A stretch of DNA of 64,000 bases, taken from contig JAAOMT010000597.1 of NCBI GenBank assembly GCA_016748015.1, forward strand, positions 1 through 64,000. Reading direction: 5' to 3'. A model generated the notes under the pieces. That model did not search any database. It worked only from the letters and a program-made list of their open reading frames with translations, and was not told where the DNA came from. Below, piece by piece: positions 39,458 through 51,927 of the stretch; within the stretch, counting starts at the first letter, position 1; the number at the start of each line of letters is the position of its first letter. This DNA is from Geosiphon pyriformis uo1. Lineage: Eukaryota; Fungi; Glomeromycota. The translations under genes and the position numbers were made by a program.

Positions 39458-42397
39458 TAGTTAAACTTTTATAAAAAAACACAGTTAAAACATACAAATT
39501 ATGTTCTATTTTAGAGGTGTTTTATTATAGAATTTTATAATTATATTAAATAAACTATATTTATTTATTAAATTAATCTATTATTATTATTATTATTATT
39601 AAAATATCGATTAATTGTTACTTGTTTTTAGAATCTTTCTTTATTTTTTCATATTTATATAATTTTTTTCTAAGTAAATTTTGGTTTTTTATACTAAAAT
39701 TTTTTTTTGCTAATTGTTCTTTAAATTCAATTATCTTTTTTAATATTTTATATGTTTTTGTAATTGTAATTATAACAGGTAGAAATTTTTTTAATTTTTT
39801 TTTCAAGTTATTAATTATATTAGTTTTAATTTAAACATTGGCTAAAATCATATTTACAATTTCATTATTATCAAATATTTTCAATTATTAATAATTTTTC
39901 AATTATTACAGTATAATTTTTGAGATTTTTGACTAATTATTGTGTATTTAATAATAAATTGTTAAATATATCTATAGAAAATTGATGTTTCAAATTTTCA
40001 AATTTCTAATTCTTAATTATAAAAAAGAATATCTATTTTTTGCCAATAGTTTTGAATTATAACAAATTATTACTTATAAAAATTAAGAATTATAATAATA
40101 AATAAAATAACCAATTAGAAATAAATATAATAAAAAGAAGAATTTTAGAATTTTTTTCAGAGAATTACAGAATTTCAGAATTTCAAAATTTCTCTTAAAA
40201 AATTGCAGGATTTTAAAGAATCTTATATAATACAAATTATGTATATATAGCAAGAATACTAAAAGCAGAAAAAATATTTAAAATTCAACTTAAATAAAAC
40301 AATAACTAGCAATAACTACTTACTTTTACTTCTTCTTTCAAAAGATAGTTTTCTATAACTTAAAATAAAAATCCATCAATATTATTAAAATATCTAATTA
40401 TTATCTAATCTATGTTATTATTATTTGATTAAGAATATTAATTACTTTTCTATTATTAACAACTCATATTAATAAACTCCAATACTTAACTACACTAGAC
40501 TAATAGCTCTTAATTATGGTCATTAACAATATATTAATTTCTTATTTTCTTTTCTTATTTTTTTTTATTTTATTTTTTTTTGTTTTGTTTTTTTGTTATT
40601 TATTAACTGATTAAAGAGATTAAATGCTGAGTATTTGATATTAAGAATAGTCTGGTAAAAAACCTAAGAACAAAAATAGAAATTTAAAAATAGCTTATCA
40701 GAAAGGCACAACTATCAGAATAAACTGGCCATTATACTAAAAAAATATATATACAGAAAAAATCATCAATTGAATCTCTATTTATTATACAAAAAACTTA
40801 ACTAAAATCTTCAAAAATTACCAACATTTCTAATTATTGAGCACCAAGTTATGAGTTTGTTATTTGTTTTAACATTCTAAATAATCATTTGTAATATAAA
40901 TATTACTTAAAATTATAATTAAACAATATAATTAATTGCTTGTTTTATATTTAATTTATTTCTAAAAAATAAATTATATTAAATAAAATTATATAATATA
41001 TAATAATAATAATACTATATATATTATATTATTTAACTGTTTAATATTAATTTTTTGTTCAAATTAATATAAAATATGTTAACAATATAAATACTTATAT
41101 TATTAACCAAAATTAATATATGCTAATTTTAAATTTAAAAATCTTTATTTATATATTTAAATTATGCTTTGGAATTGAATTTATAAATTACAAATAGATT
41201 AAAAGTATTAATTCCTTTAAAGTATCTTGAATTTTTTGTATATTCAATTATTAAAAATTTCAATTTGTGAGATTCAATTGAATTTATAACAAAAAAATTG
41301 TAATTTGAAATTTATCTTATAAAAAATCCAATTAATTTAATTGAATAATAATATAATAATAACAATTAATAAATATAATATACTAATTTTTTTCTGTATT
41401 TTGATATTTTACAAGTATTTAATTTGGTCTTATATAAAAAAATAATTCTGTTTTATTAGTATTATATATGTTAACAAAATCAAATTTAAATATAATAATT
41501 TTTAATTTTTTTTATTTTTTTAATAAACTTTTAATTAATATATTTTCTGCTTTATTATAAAATTAGTAAACATATAATTAGTTTTATTATTTGAATTTTA
41601 AACCCATCTATTTGAGGATTGTATTTTATTTTTATGTATATTAAGAAATTTGGCAAATTTTTTTTCCATTTTTTTAATTAATTAATCATTAAATTTGATA
41701 ATAACTATAGTTATTTGTTCTATTTAATAACTTAAGACTTGGTCTAATAATAAAAATTTAATATTTTTGTGTCAAATAAATTTTTTATCAATTTTATTAA
41801 TTTTAATATTTAATTACTTTACATGCTTTTTGATTATTTTAAAGACAATTAAACAAAAAATATAAAGTTTTAAATATTTATAATTAAAGTAAGTTATAAT
41901 ATTATTATGTTTTATATCATAGTAATTTTTGAAATATTGACAAATTTTTTTATAAAAAGCATTATTAACTGCTATTTATTTTTGTTTTTTGAATAAAAGT
42001 TTTAATATTGTAATAATTTAGCAAATTTATTAGAAAATCTGTTTATAACAATAATATTAGATTTGGTTTTAACAAATTGAAATACAATAAGAGTTAAATA
42101 GCTATATATAAAAATAGACAAGATCAAAAAGAACAAGTCCAATATAAATCAATTTAAAAAAAAATTAAGATAAATTTAATTTAATACATTTTAACTCTTT
42201 TTCTAATTATTAATTAATATTTAATACATAATATTTATTTTATATAAAAATAAATTTTAAATAAATTTTTGATAAAATTATGTTCTTGTTTTTTTATAAA
42301 TTGTTTTTACATAAAAAAAAATTAATTAGTTCTATAAAAAAATATTTTTTATATGAAGTTATTCTTTTATTAAAAGTTTTTTATGAAGATTTAACTG
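39458..42397 (-). mobile_element. pogo/Tigger copy B with both TIRs, more heavily mutated, interrupted by a solo LTR
   Basis: Colinear with copy A. Left end TA|TAGTTAAACTTTTATAAAA; right end TTTTATGAAGATTTAACTG|TA is the inverted counterpart. Homology to copy A resumes at about 40902 after the insert. Confidence 0.8.
40068..40896. mobile_element. Solo LTR A (Gypsy-like) inserted in pogo copy B
   Basis: Ends TATTAC...GTAATA (mutated TGTTAC...GTAACA). Flanks CAAAT/TAAAT duplicate the CAGAT present once in uninterrupted copy A. Homologous to LTRs B and C. Confidence 0.85.
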
Positions 42398-42399
42398 TA

Positions 42400-45360
42400 T
42401 TATTAAAAGTTTTTATGTAGTATTTTATTAAATATATACAAAAATTAATTATATTATAATTTATTAAACTGAATTTTATATAACTATTTTAATTTAATTA
42501 AAATTTTTAAATAAAAAAATTCAAGTATTTAAAAATACATTTGTCTTTTTATTAAGTTAAATAAACAAATTTATATAATTTTTTAACAAAATTTTACTTA
42601 TTTTTAAAAATTATTTAGTTATTAATTATTAAAATTTTTTTTAATTTAAATAACAAATTAAATATTATATTATTATTTATTAAAAAATTAATTGTTTTAT
42701 TATTTAAAATGTTTATATAATTCTTAATTTTTAATTATTTAATATTAATATTTTTTTAATTAAATTATAAATATAATATCTTTTAATTTAATACTTGTTA
42801 TAAAAATTAAGTTTAATAAAACCAAATTTTGTTTTATATATATATAACAATATTTAACTATTTATTATTAAAATATACTTAAATACTAGTATAATTATTT
42901 ATAATTTGGCAAGAATAAAAAATATAATATTATAAATTTCAATATTAACTTATAATTTAAGTTTTAAATAAGCTAATATAACAATATTAAATAAACTTAA
43001 TTCTTTAACAAAACTATTAATAAATATTTTAATTATGTTTAAACATATGTTTTTTAATTTAATTTTAATTAAAACAAAAACACAAAATTTCTGTATAATT
43101 TAAGAATTTAAGTTAAATATTATAATTAATATCTTATTAACTAAATTATTTTTTTAACAAACTTTAAAATCGGTTTAAATTATTTAAATACTAGATATTT
43201 AAATTTAAATTTTTAGTAATAACAAAAATATTTTTAATTAATACATATATTATGACAGTTTAATAATTAATTTATATATAATATTAAAATTTTAAAAAAT
43301 TTAAAATAAAAACACCAAAATTAATAAACAAATTATAAAAAAGTAAAATATTACAATTTAAATTATATAATAATAAATAATACAATATTTATTCTGAAAA
43401 TTTTTTTAGCAATAATTTTAAATTTAAATTTTTTTCTTATTAACAAAATTTATTTATAATATATATATTTAAAAATTAAATTAAATTAAGTTTTATAATT
43501 AATATTAAGCTATAAAACAATTAAAAATAAATAAACAACTGTTTATTCTAAATAGTTTTTTACAATATTATATTGGTAAAAAACTTTATATTTATATATA
43601 AATATTTTATAAATTAAACTTAAACAGATTCTTAATAATAAAAAATATTATAATATTTATGTATTTTTTTCTTTATACCAAAAATAAACAAGTTATTAAA
43701 ACATAAAAAACTTTTTTGGCTTTTAGCTAATAAAAATATTTATGATTTTATTATTATTAATTAATATTATTGATTTTAAAAAATTTATTAACAATATTCA
43801 AAATATATTAAGCAGTAATTTAATTATTTTTTAATTTAAATTATGTTATCAACAAATTTATTAGCTATTAAATAAAAAATTAAATCAGTTTTAGTCTTAA
43901 TTTTATTAGTTTTAATGATAAATTTAATATTAATTTTGTATTTATTTATATTTTTATGTTTTTTAACTTTAATTAAAAAAAATCATAGAAAATTTTTTAA
44001 AATAACAAAAAAACATCTTTTTTTAATTTAAGTTATGTATTTTATAACTATTTATTAATTTAAAATCTGTTTATAATCTTATTTATTTTGTTATTTAAGT
44101 ATGCTTAAAAAATTTAATAAATTTTTTATATATTTTAATTTTAATTAAATTGTTTTTTAAATAATATTATCTTATTAAATTATAAGTTTTATACATGTTT
44201 ATAACATTAATTACAATTTTTAATTTTTTTATAGTATTTTTAATTACCAAATCTATTATAAAAATAAAAATTAGGTTAAAATATGTTTTAAAACCAAAAA
44301 ATTATGTTTATAAAAAATTTCAAACTTATTATAAACAAAAAAAATCCAATTAAAAAAATTTCAACCTATTTTTTTTTAAAGTTATTGATCAAATATTTAT
44401 TAAAATATTTTTTTAATTATATAATTTAAGAATTATTAATACTTAAATTTTTTTATAATTAGAAACTAATTTATTTTACAGATATATATTTATTAAATTT
44501 AATAATAAGTTTAAAACAAATTTATTATAGTGTTTTTACAACTTATTTAAAATTTCAAATTTTTTATTAATATTATTATTTAACATCTTTTTTATATTTT
44601 TTTAATACAACCAAAACAAAAAATAAAAAAAATAATTTTTTTTATTGTATTTAATAGTTTTAATATTTTTCAAAATAAAAACTTAAAACAGTTTTTAATT
44701 ATTAAAAAAAACATATTTTTTAGTTTTAAATAAGAGTATTTTCTTACTTAAAAGTTTTTATAACCAATTAATTAAAAGTTTCGGAATTTTTAACAAAAAT
44801 TTAATAATAAAACTATTTTTTTAAAGTTTTTTTATTATTGTTTAAAGTAATTAGTTTTTTTAAAATATTAAAAAAAGTATTTTTTTTAGTGTTTTTAAAA
44901 TAATATTTTTAATTTAAACTCTGTTTTTTTGTAAAAAATAAAATATCAATTTTTTTTAATTTTTTTGGTATTTTTACTAATTTTGTTATAATTGTACTAA
45001 TTTTAATTTGGTTACAAATAATAATTATAATAATATATTTATTAAATTTAATTTTAATTAACATATAATTAAGTTGTTTAATATAATTGATTTTTATTAA
45101 TTCTAAAAGCAAAACAAATTATATTTCTATATTTAATTAATTTATTAAATTACTTAATTCTAAAAATTAAGTTAATAAAATAAAAACCAAAACTTTTTTT
45201 TTGTTTTAAAAACATTATTGATTTTAATAATATATAAAAAACAATTTCAATTTATCAAATTTTTTTAAATAAATTATTTTTTTCTTAATATTAGATAAAA
45301 CTATTAAAATTAAGTTTTAGTTTTTTTATTTATTTTAATAAGTAAAATTCAATTATTATT
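42400..45360. mobile_element. Ultra-AT-rich eroded repeat relics, probably including an old LINE
   Basis: Roughly 90% AT by eye; only faint resemblance to the LINE copies; not classifiable by eye. Confidence 0.4.
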
Positions 45361-45369
45361 TAATATAAT

Positions 45370-45720
45370 ATAACTGGTTTATGTTAAGTATTATTTTTTT
45401 ATGAAAAAAATGGACTGATATTTCTTGATAGTTTAGCTTTTGTTTTTATGTCTGAGCTGTTCATAATGCTTTTTGCTAATATGATTAGATTGCTTAGAAT
45501 TACTGAGATATTTGTTATTAATTTTGGCTTGTGTAAGTTTTGCTTGTTTTTTTTAGGCATTAGTAACTTGGTTTCAGTTTATATAAGTGCATAGTGTTGT
45601 CTTAATCAGCTTAAATAACTGATTATGTATAGAAAAAGCATGATTCACTCCTAATTTAGATTACTTATATAATATATAGTACTAAACAGTATATAGATCT
45701 TACTTATTAATTAATAAATA
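45370..45720 (+). mobile_element. 3'-end fragment of the LINE family
   Basis: MKKNGLIFLDSLAFV...MLFANMIRLLRITEIF resembles the ORF2 C-terminus MEKNGLIPVDGSISI...VIKLLSVAEAF of the copy at 54983-55483; shared 3'UTR words follow. Confidence 0.7.
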
Positions 45721-48525
45721 ATAATAATAATATAATAATAAGTGTTTTAAACTAAATACAGTTTGTATATTTTTTACATATAATTAATTATTTAGTTTGA
45801 TCAAAATAATATCATAAAATTATATTAAAATAAAACAAATATTTAATATATATATTAAAAAATATTTTTATAATTTTACTAATATTAAACAATTAAACTA
45901 TTTTTTTTTAATAAATACAGTCTAACCACTATCTAGTATACAAAGACAAAACAAAATAAATCAAACTAAATATGGCTCATATACTTTCTATACATAACCA
46001 GCCATTCAGGTCTATCAAAGCAGCACTATACACTCACAAGAATCTTACTACTATTGTCCAAGCTAGAAAAAAACAAACAATGCCTTCATAAATCAAAGCT
46101 AACTACAAAAGATTCAATAATACCAAGCAAGCAAATGACACCTTTAGACAACTAACTGGACAGACCACACACTAGAACAAAAATTTCATCTGTATTATAA
46201 ACCAAACTACCTCTTTTCATGTTAGCCCTAAACTTGGATCTTAGCAACCACAATTTATTATAATAGTCATCAATCAAACAGCAAATAAAATCAACCACAA
46301 CCATTACAGCTTTTTTTTTGTCATTAAAAATAGAAACAGCCTCCTCAATCCAATACTTAAAAACAAATTCTTTGCATAACACAGTATACACATTGACATC
46401 CAAGACCTATAAAAGAGTACATACTATTAGAGATAAAGCAGAGAGACAATTGTCTGCTAAGAATTTCCACAAATTGGCACAATCAGAAACAACCTCAAAA
46501 TACACCAAGGCATCCACAAAGTAAGTGAAAGCATACTCAGAAAATTCAACATCATCACACATCAAACATAAAATGTCTGGATAATTTTTGTTATATATCT
46601 TTTTGTGAACAGTTATTGGTAATTTTTTGTGCATGGTTTTCATCAAATATGTGTGGAGAATGGCCAATTTTTTACTAGTAAACTCTGCTAACATGTAAAA
46701 GTTTGGGTACCAAACAGAGGCAGTACATTTTTAATCTATAAACCTAATAATCAAGTTGTCTAAGACATTTGCACTAGAGCCAGCTTTTCATAAAACCTGG
46801 TTTATAGTTTGATAGATATTACAAACAAAATAATGAGCATTACTTGAGACAATGAGACCATTAGCCATAAGAAATCTTTCACTTATTCCAACCAGAAGAA
46901 CCATACCTGAATACAATGCAGTATGAGCTAAAGTGTCTATACATTCATTGCTAAAAATACCTGAGTGTTCTTTTACTTTCACTCAGCTTACTAAAATGTC
47001 TTTTGACTTAATCAAATTAACAATGTGACACCACTCTATCTAGTACTAATTCTAAAAATCAGGCTGAATCAGCTCACATTTTAACAAACATACAGCCAAA
47101 ACTGCTTAACTATTTATGTGTAAAACAACTGCACAAGATGAAGGAATACACTCTAAAGCCAAGACTATTGTCTACAATTCTATCAGTATAAAAGACAACA
47201 AATCTTGTATTTCAACACCCACACTTATATTAATCTTGGAGAAATAAGCTGCTGTTCTACAAGCTACATTTTTTGTACTCAGATAACTTAATGAACTATT
47301 AGTATAAACATTTATCTCTCCAGCCCAAATTTCATGCAAGCTTTTACATATATCCATAAAATCACTTGAGCAAAAAAAACCAGAACTGGTTGCAATGGTA
47401 GTATAATAGTCAGATTTTATCAGACAATTATTCATATATATCAAGATCTTACTGAACCAAATTGGCACCAGACTCTTAGGGCTTAACTTATTCCAATGCC
47501 AGAAAGTCTTCTATTCCATAACATTATCATGCTTTGTTATTAGACAATTCTTAAAAGTAACACCAAAACACTTCAACAAATACACTACATAAAAAATAGT
47601 AAATGGCTCCCAAGATTTCTGACATTGGAAAATAACCAAGATTATGAAATATATTAGGTATGTTATTGGCCAAAGAAACATTTACATCCAAAAAAACTCT
47701 CATAATTCCAGCCAGAAAATTATTCAATAAATTGACCCTTAATTTGATTGGACAATACAATAGATTTAGAAACACCTACTCCAAAACCTGCAAATTCAAA
47801 GCACAATATTCAAACAAACAACCAAGAATTCCAGAGACATTAGAGAAACCAATTACTAAAGTGACCTTTGTTTCAGTCTGTACCTGTTCAAAAGACTTTA
47901 AATTGTACAGAAAAGGATGATACAAAACTTTATTAAGGAAATTTTTTGGCAAAAAAGCTTTAAACCTAAGACTCTTTCTAATCAAAACATTTCACTTTTA
48001 GCACACACTTTTAACAATAAAGCTAAACTGTATATGATAACTAATGATAGACTAAAGAACCACCAAAACCAAATAAGAGAATTGTTTGTCCAACATTGTC
48101 TTCTTGAAGACTATATTCGAAAAAAACCTAACATCCATATAAGCCTTAACAAAACTTGGTTTGGATAAACCCACTGTGAACAAAAAAATACCCAAATACC
48201 TATGAGCTTCACTTCTGTTTGCAATGAAAATAGGTCGGCCATTAATGCACAACAAAGCATTTAACACTTTCTGATTAATGGAAATTACCATGGTCTTGTC
48301 ATTGTTGATAGAAATGTTATTAATTTCAAAGAACTTACTAGCAATATTCAAAATATACTGTGTTGATGCTTGGCTATTACTCACACATATTGTATTATCA
48401 ACAAAAGCACTACCTGCAAATAAAGAAGATCTACTACTACAGATCTTAATCCTATTAGTTTTTGCCACAAAATTTGAGTTGATCTTATAACCACACAGTC
48501 ATTCCTGTCTTTTAACCTTATACAG

Positions 48526-49275
48526 TATTACTTATAGAAAGAAAACAAATATAGGAAAATAGTAGACCAATAAGCAAATAGTATGTAGCACATGAGCACA
48601 TTGCTCAACAATGTGGAGCAGAAAACACAACACATTGCTTAAGAAATCATAGCACATCACTCAGGAATGTGAGCAATCTTATAAAACATTAATTATGTAT
48701 ATATAGCAATAGCATTAGAAGTAGAAAGAGCAGAATTCTAGAGTTAGAAATCTTCCATCCACAAATATTAAATAAATAAATCATTTACCATTCAAATCCA
48801 CTTTCCACTATCAACACTTCATGTTGATAGTAATTAATACTTAACCATGCTGGAACAATAGCTCTTGATTATGGCTATTGACAGAATACTAACTTGCAAT
48901 TGCTTTTGTTTATTTTTTTATTTTCTTTTATTTTTTTTTATTTCTTTTTGTTATTTCTTTGGTTTTACTAAATTGATTAAGGATTAAGTACTGAGATACA
49001 GATGTTATAAGAACTGGTAAAAGACTCGTAAAACAAGGGTAAAACACTTATAGATTTGAGGATAGCTTATCAGAAAGATTACCAGCCACCATATTGAGAA
49101 AGAAATTTAACAGAATTGTGATTCCGAGAGACTACTAAAAACAACTACTAAATCTCTGTTCATTATACAAAAAACTCCACAACAAAACCTTCAGATATCG
49201 ACACCAGAATACCAACCAAGCACCAAGTTACAGATTTGTTATTTGACTTGAGACTCCAAATAATCATCTGTAACA
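48526..49275. mobile_element. Solo LTR B inserted in the RT domain of LINE copy 1
   Basis: TATTAC...GTAACA ends, 4-bp TSD ACAG/ACAG. Removing it restores the LINE reading PLLYKVKRQE. Confidence 0.9.
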
Positions 49276-51178
49276 ACAGTAAAGGATTATAAAAAATTCT
49301 CCAAAAAAGTAGAGAAAATACCTCATCTTAATCTAACCTGTTATGAACTACATAGTCATCTAAAAGACCAAAGTTAGTCATAATCTTGTTTATTCTGTTC
49401 TTATGAAAATTCCAAAAAAATTTAATAAATCTGACACACATTTTAATGTATTTTAGACTGGACTTCAAATAATGTCATCCAACTAAATCATATGCTTTGT
49501 ACATGTCCTGTAAAACCAACCAAATTTTTCGACCCTTTTCTAAGACATTTTTTACTATTAAGCCTACAACAAACACAGAAGATTAAGTTAAAATGCCCCT
49601 CAAGACTGAGAAGTTATTATAATAAAAAACATTTAACTTGCTATAAACAGATGAGATTTGATCAGACAGAATTTTGAACAGAATTTTCCTTACCATTTTC
49701 AACAATGCTATTGGCCTGGCATTGGTTAAAATTCCATTCCAGTTATAAGGCTTGAGAATTATAAATACTTAGGCTCTCTTCTAAGAAACAGGAATATTAT
49801 CATTTGTCAAACAAGAATTCAACAAATCCAAGAAACAAACCATCATATTATTATCACAATGCTTTTACAACTTATTAGTTATACCAGAAAAACCAGCTGT
49901 CTTGTCATTAGGCAACTTACTAACCACTAATAACAATTTACCCAAACTAATTTTACTTATTACATTTGAAAAAACATTATCATTCACATAAGCCAAGGAG
50001 ATATATTGTTGAGCCCACAAATTTGGCACAAATAAAGAGACTTTTTACTTATAAGTCCATTCTACTATGATCTTATCTATCTTAGATTTAACCTCCTCAG
50101 GTTCCAAAATCAGCTTATCTCAACTATTAAATAGTCCAAAATGACTTTATGAAATGAATATTTCAAAATACTTTTAATCATATCACCTTTATTCGAATTA
50201 AAGCTCTCTATTCACTTATCAATCACATCCTTGATGGATCTACTTCTGAAAAACTCTATCTCATAATACTTGGACTTCTGATAATTCTTCTTGACCTTTG
50301 ACAAATGTCTATATAGCTTAGCCAACTTTATACCATTCTAAAGCAAAACAATAAACCTAAAAGCTTTAACATTATCAAAAGTCATCCAAATTTGAATGAA
50401 ATAATTAAACTCAGTTATTCTACTTGAGTTCACATATTTCATTAACTTGGCAACTAAAGATTCTAACTTGAAAAATTTCGAAAACTGCTTATTTCTCGAG
50501 CAATTTAATTTACAAAACTAGTGTTTAAAAAATGTTTCATTAGCTGAATCACATATGGTACTTTTTAACATCTTCTACATTTTGTCTAGATTTTTATTTT
50601 TTTTTACAACTATAAAAGAATCCAAGAAGATAGATAACATAATCAAAGAACACTTCTTAAATTGTATCTACTTGGTCTTAATCTGCACCCTTTAATTTAA
50701 ATTTCCAATGGTTTTTATTAGCCTGTTTGTAAATACTGTTTAGGCAAGTGTTTACCAAACTTCTCAACCCAACCAAGATTCCAACCATATTATGATTGGT
50801 ATCAAAAACTCAGACACTAAGGTAATCTTATATTTAATAATAGCTGAGAAAAGATTCTCACTCACAAAAACATAATCAATGACTTTTTCCACTTCTTTTG
50901 AATTACTTCAAGTGGATAATTTGCTTAAGAGGTGGCCACTCAATGAGTTGACCAGCCCCAAATCCAAATATTTTTTAAAACTCACACTTTTTCTAGCTCT
51001 GTTTTCATTAAAGTTACCACTAAAAACCACAAATAAACTTGTATTAACAGCTTTGACAATTAGTGAATTGACATTCAAAGCTTGAGCAAATTATGCTTTG
51101 GCTGAAATCTTAGCATACAAACCTAGAAATGTAACCAAAAACTTATTCTTAAACAATAAACAAACAAAAATAACACAA

Positions 51179-51927
51179 TATTACTTATAAAAAAAATGGA
51201 TAAAGAAAAATAGTAGAAAAACAAATAGACCAGTAGGAGAGTAGTAGTTAGCACATAAATATATTGCTCAAGAAATTATAACACATCACTTGGGAATATA
51301 AGCAATCTTATAGAACCTAAATTATATATATATAGCAAGAACATTAGAAGCAAAAAAGACAAAACAAGTACTAATACCTCCTTATTACTACTTCTTTATT
51401 AGAATTATTAATATCAATAAATAATTATTCAGTATCTAAATTACTTTCCTCACTATTAACACTTTATGTTAATAGTATTAAAGATTTGATTATACTAGAA
51501 CAATAGTTTTTGATTACAGCTATTAATGGGATACTAACTTTATTGTCTTGGCTTACATTTTATTTTTTTAATTTTCTTTTGTATTTTATTTTTTGTTGTT
51601 GACTAATTGATTAAGGATTAAGTGCTGAGTTATTGACATCAAAAATTGTCTGGTAAAAAACTCCTGCAAGAGAGTAGATACTTGAATTTAAGGATTATTT
51701 ACCAGAAGATTACCAATCACTATGCTGAGAAAAAAATTCGATGGAATTGTAATTCTGAAAGACTACTAATAAAACAATTATTGAATCTTTGTCTATTATA
51801 CAAAAAACTCCAACCCAAAACCTTCAGATCATGAAAACCTTTAGATATTACCAATATTATTCAATTATTGAGCACCAAATTATGGGTTTGTTATTTGTTT
51901 CAACACCCCAAATAATCATCTGTAACA
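51179..51927. mobile_element. Solo LTR C inserted in the endonuclease domain of LINE copy 1
   Basis: TATTAC...GTAACA ends, 4-bp TSD ACAA/ATAA. Removing it restores EVSGCVIFVCLLFKNK. Confidence 0.9.

Noticed and set aside
48526-51927. LTR B and LTR C as the two ends of one LTR retrotransposon that captured an RT fragment
   Set aside because: Each LTR has its own TSD, and removing each restores the continuous LINE ORF2; they are independent solo LTRs.
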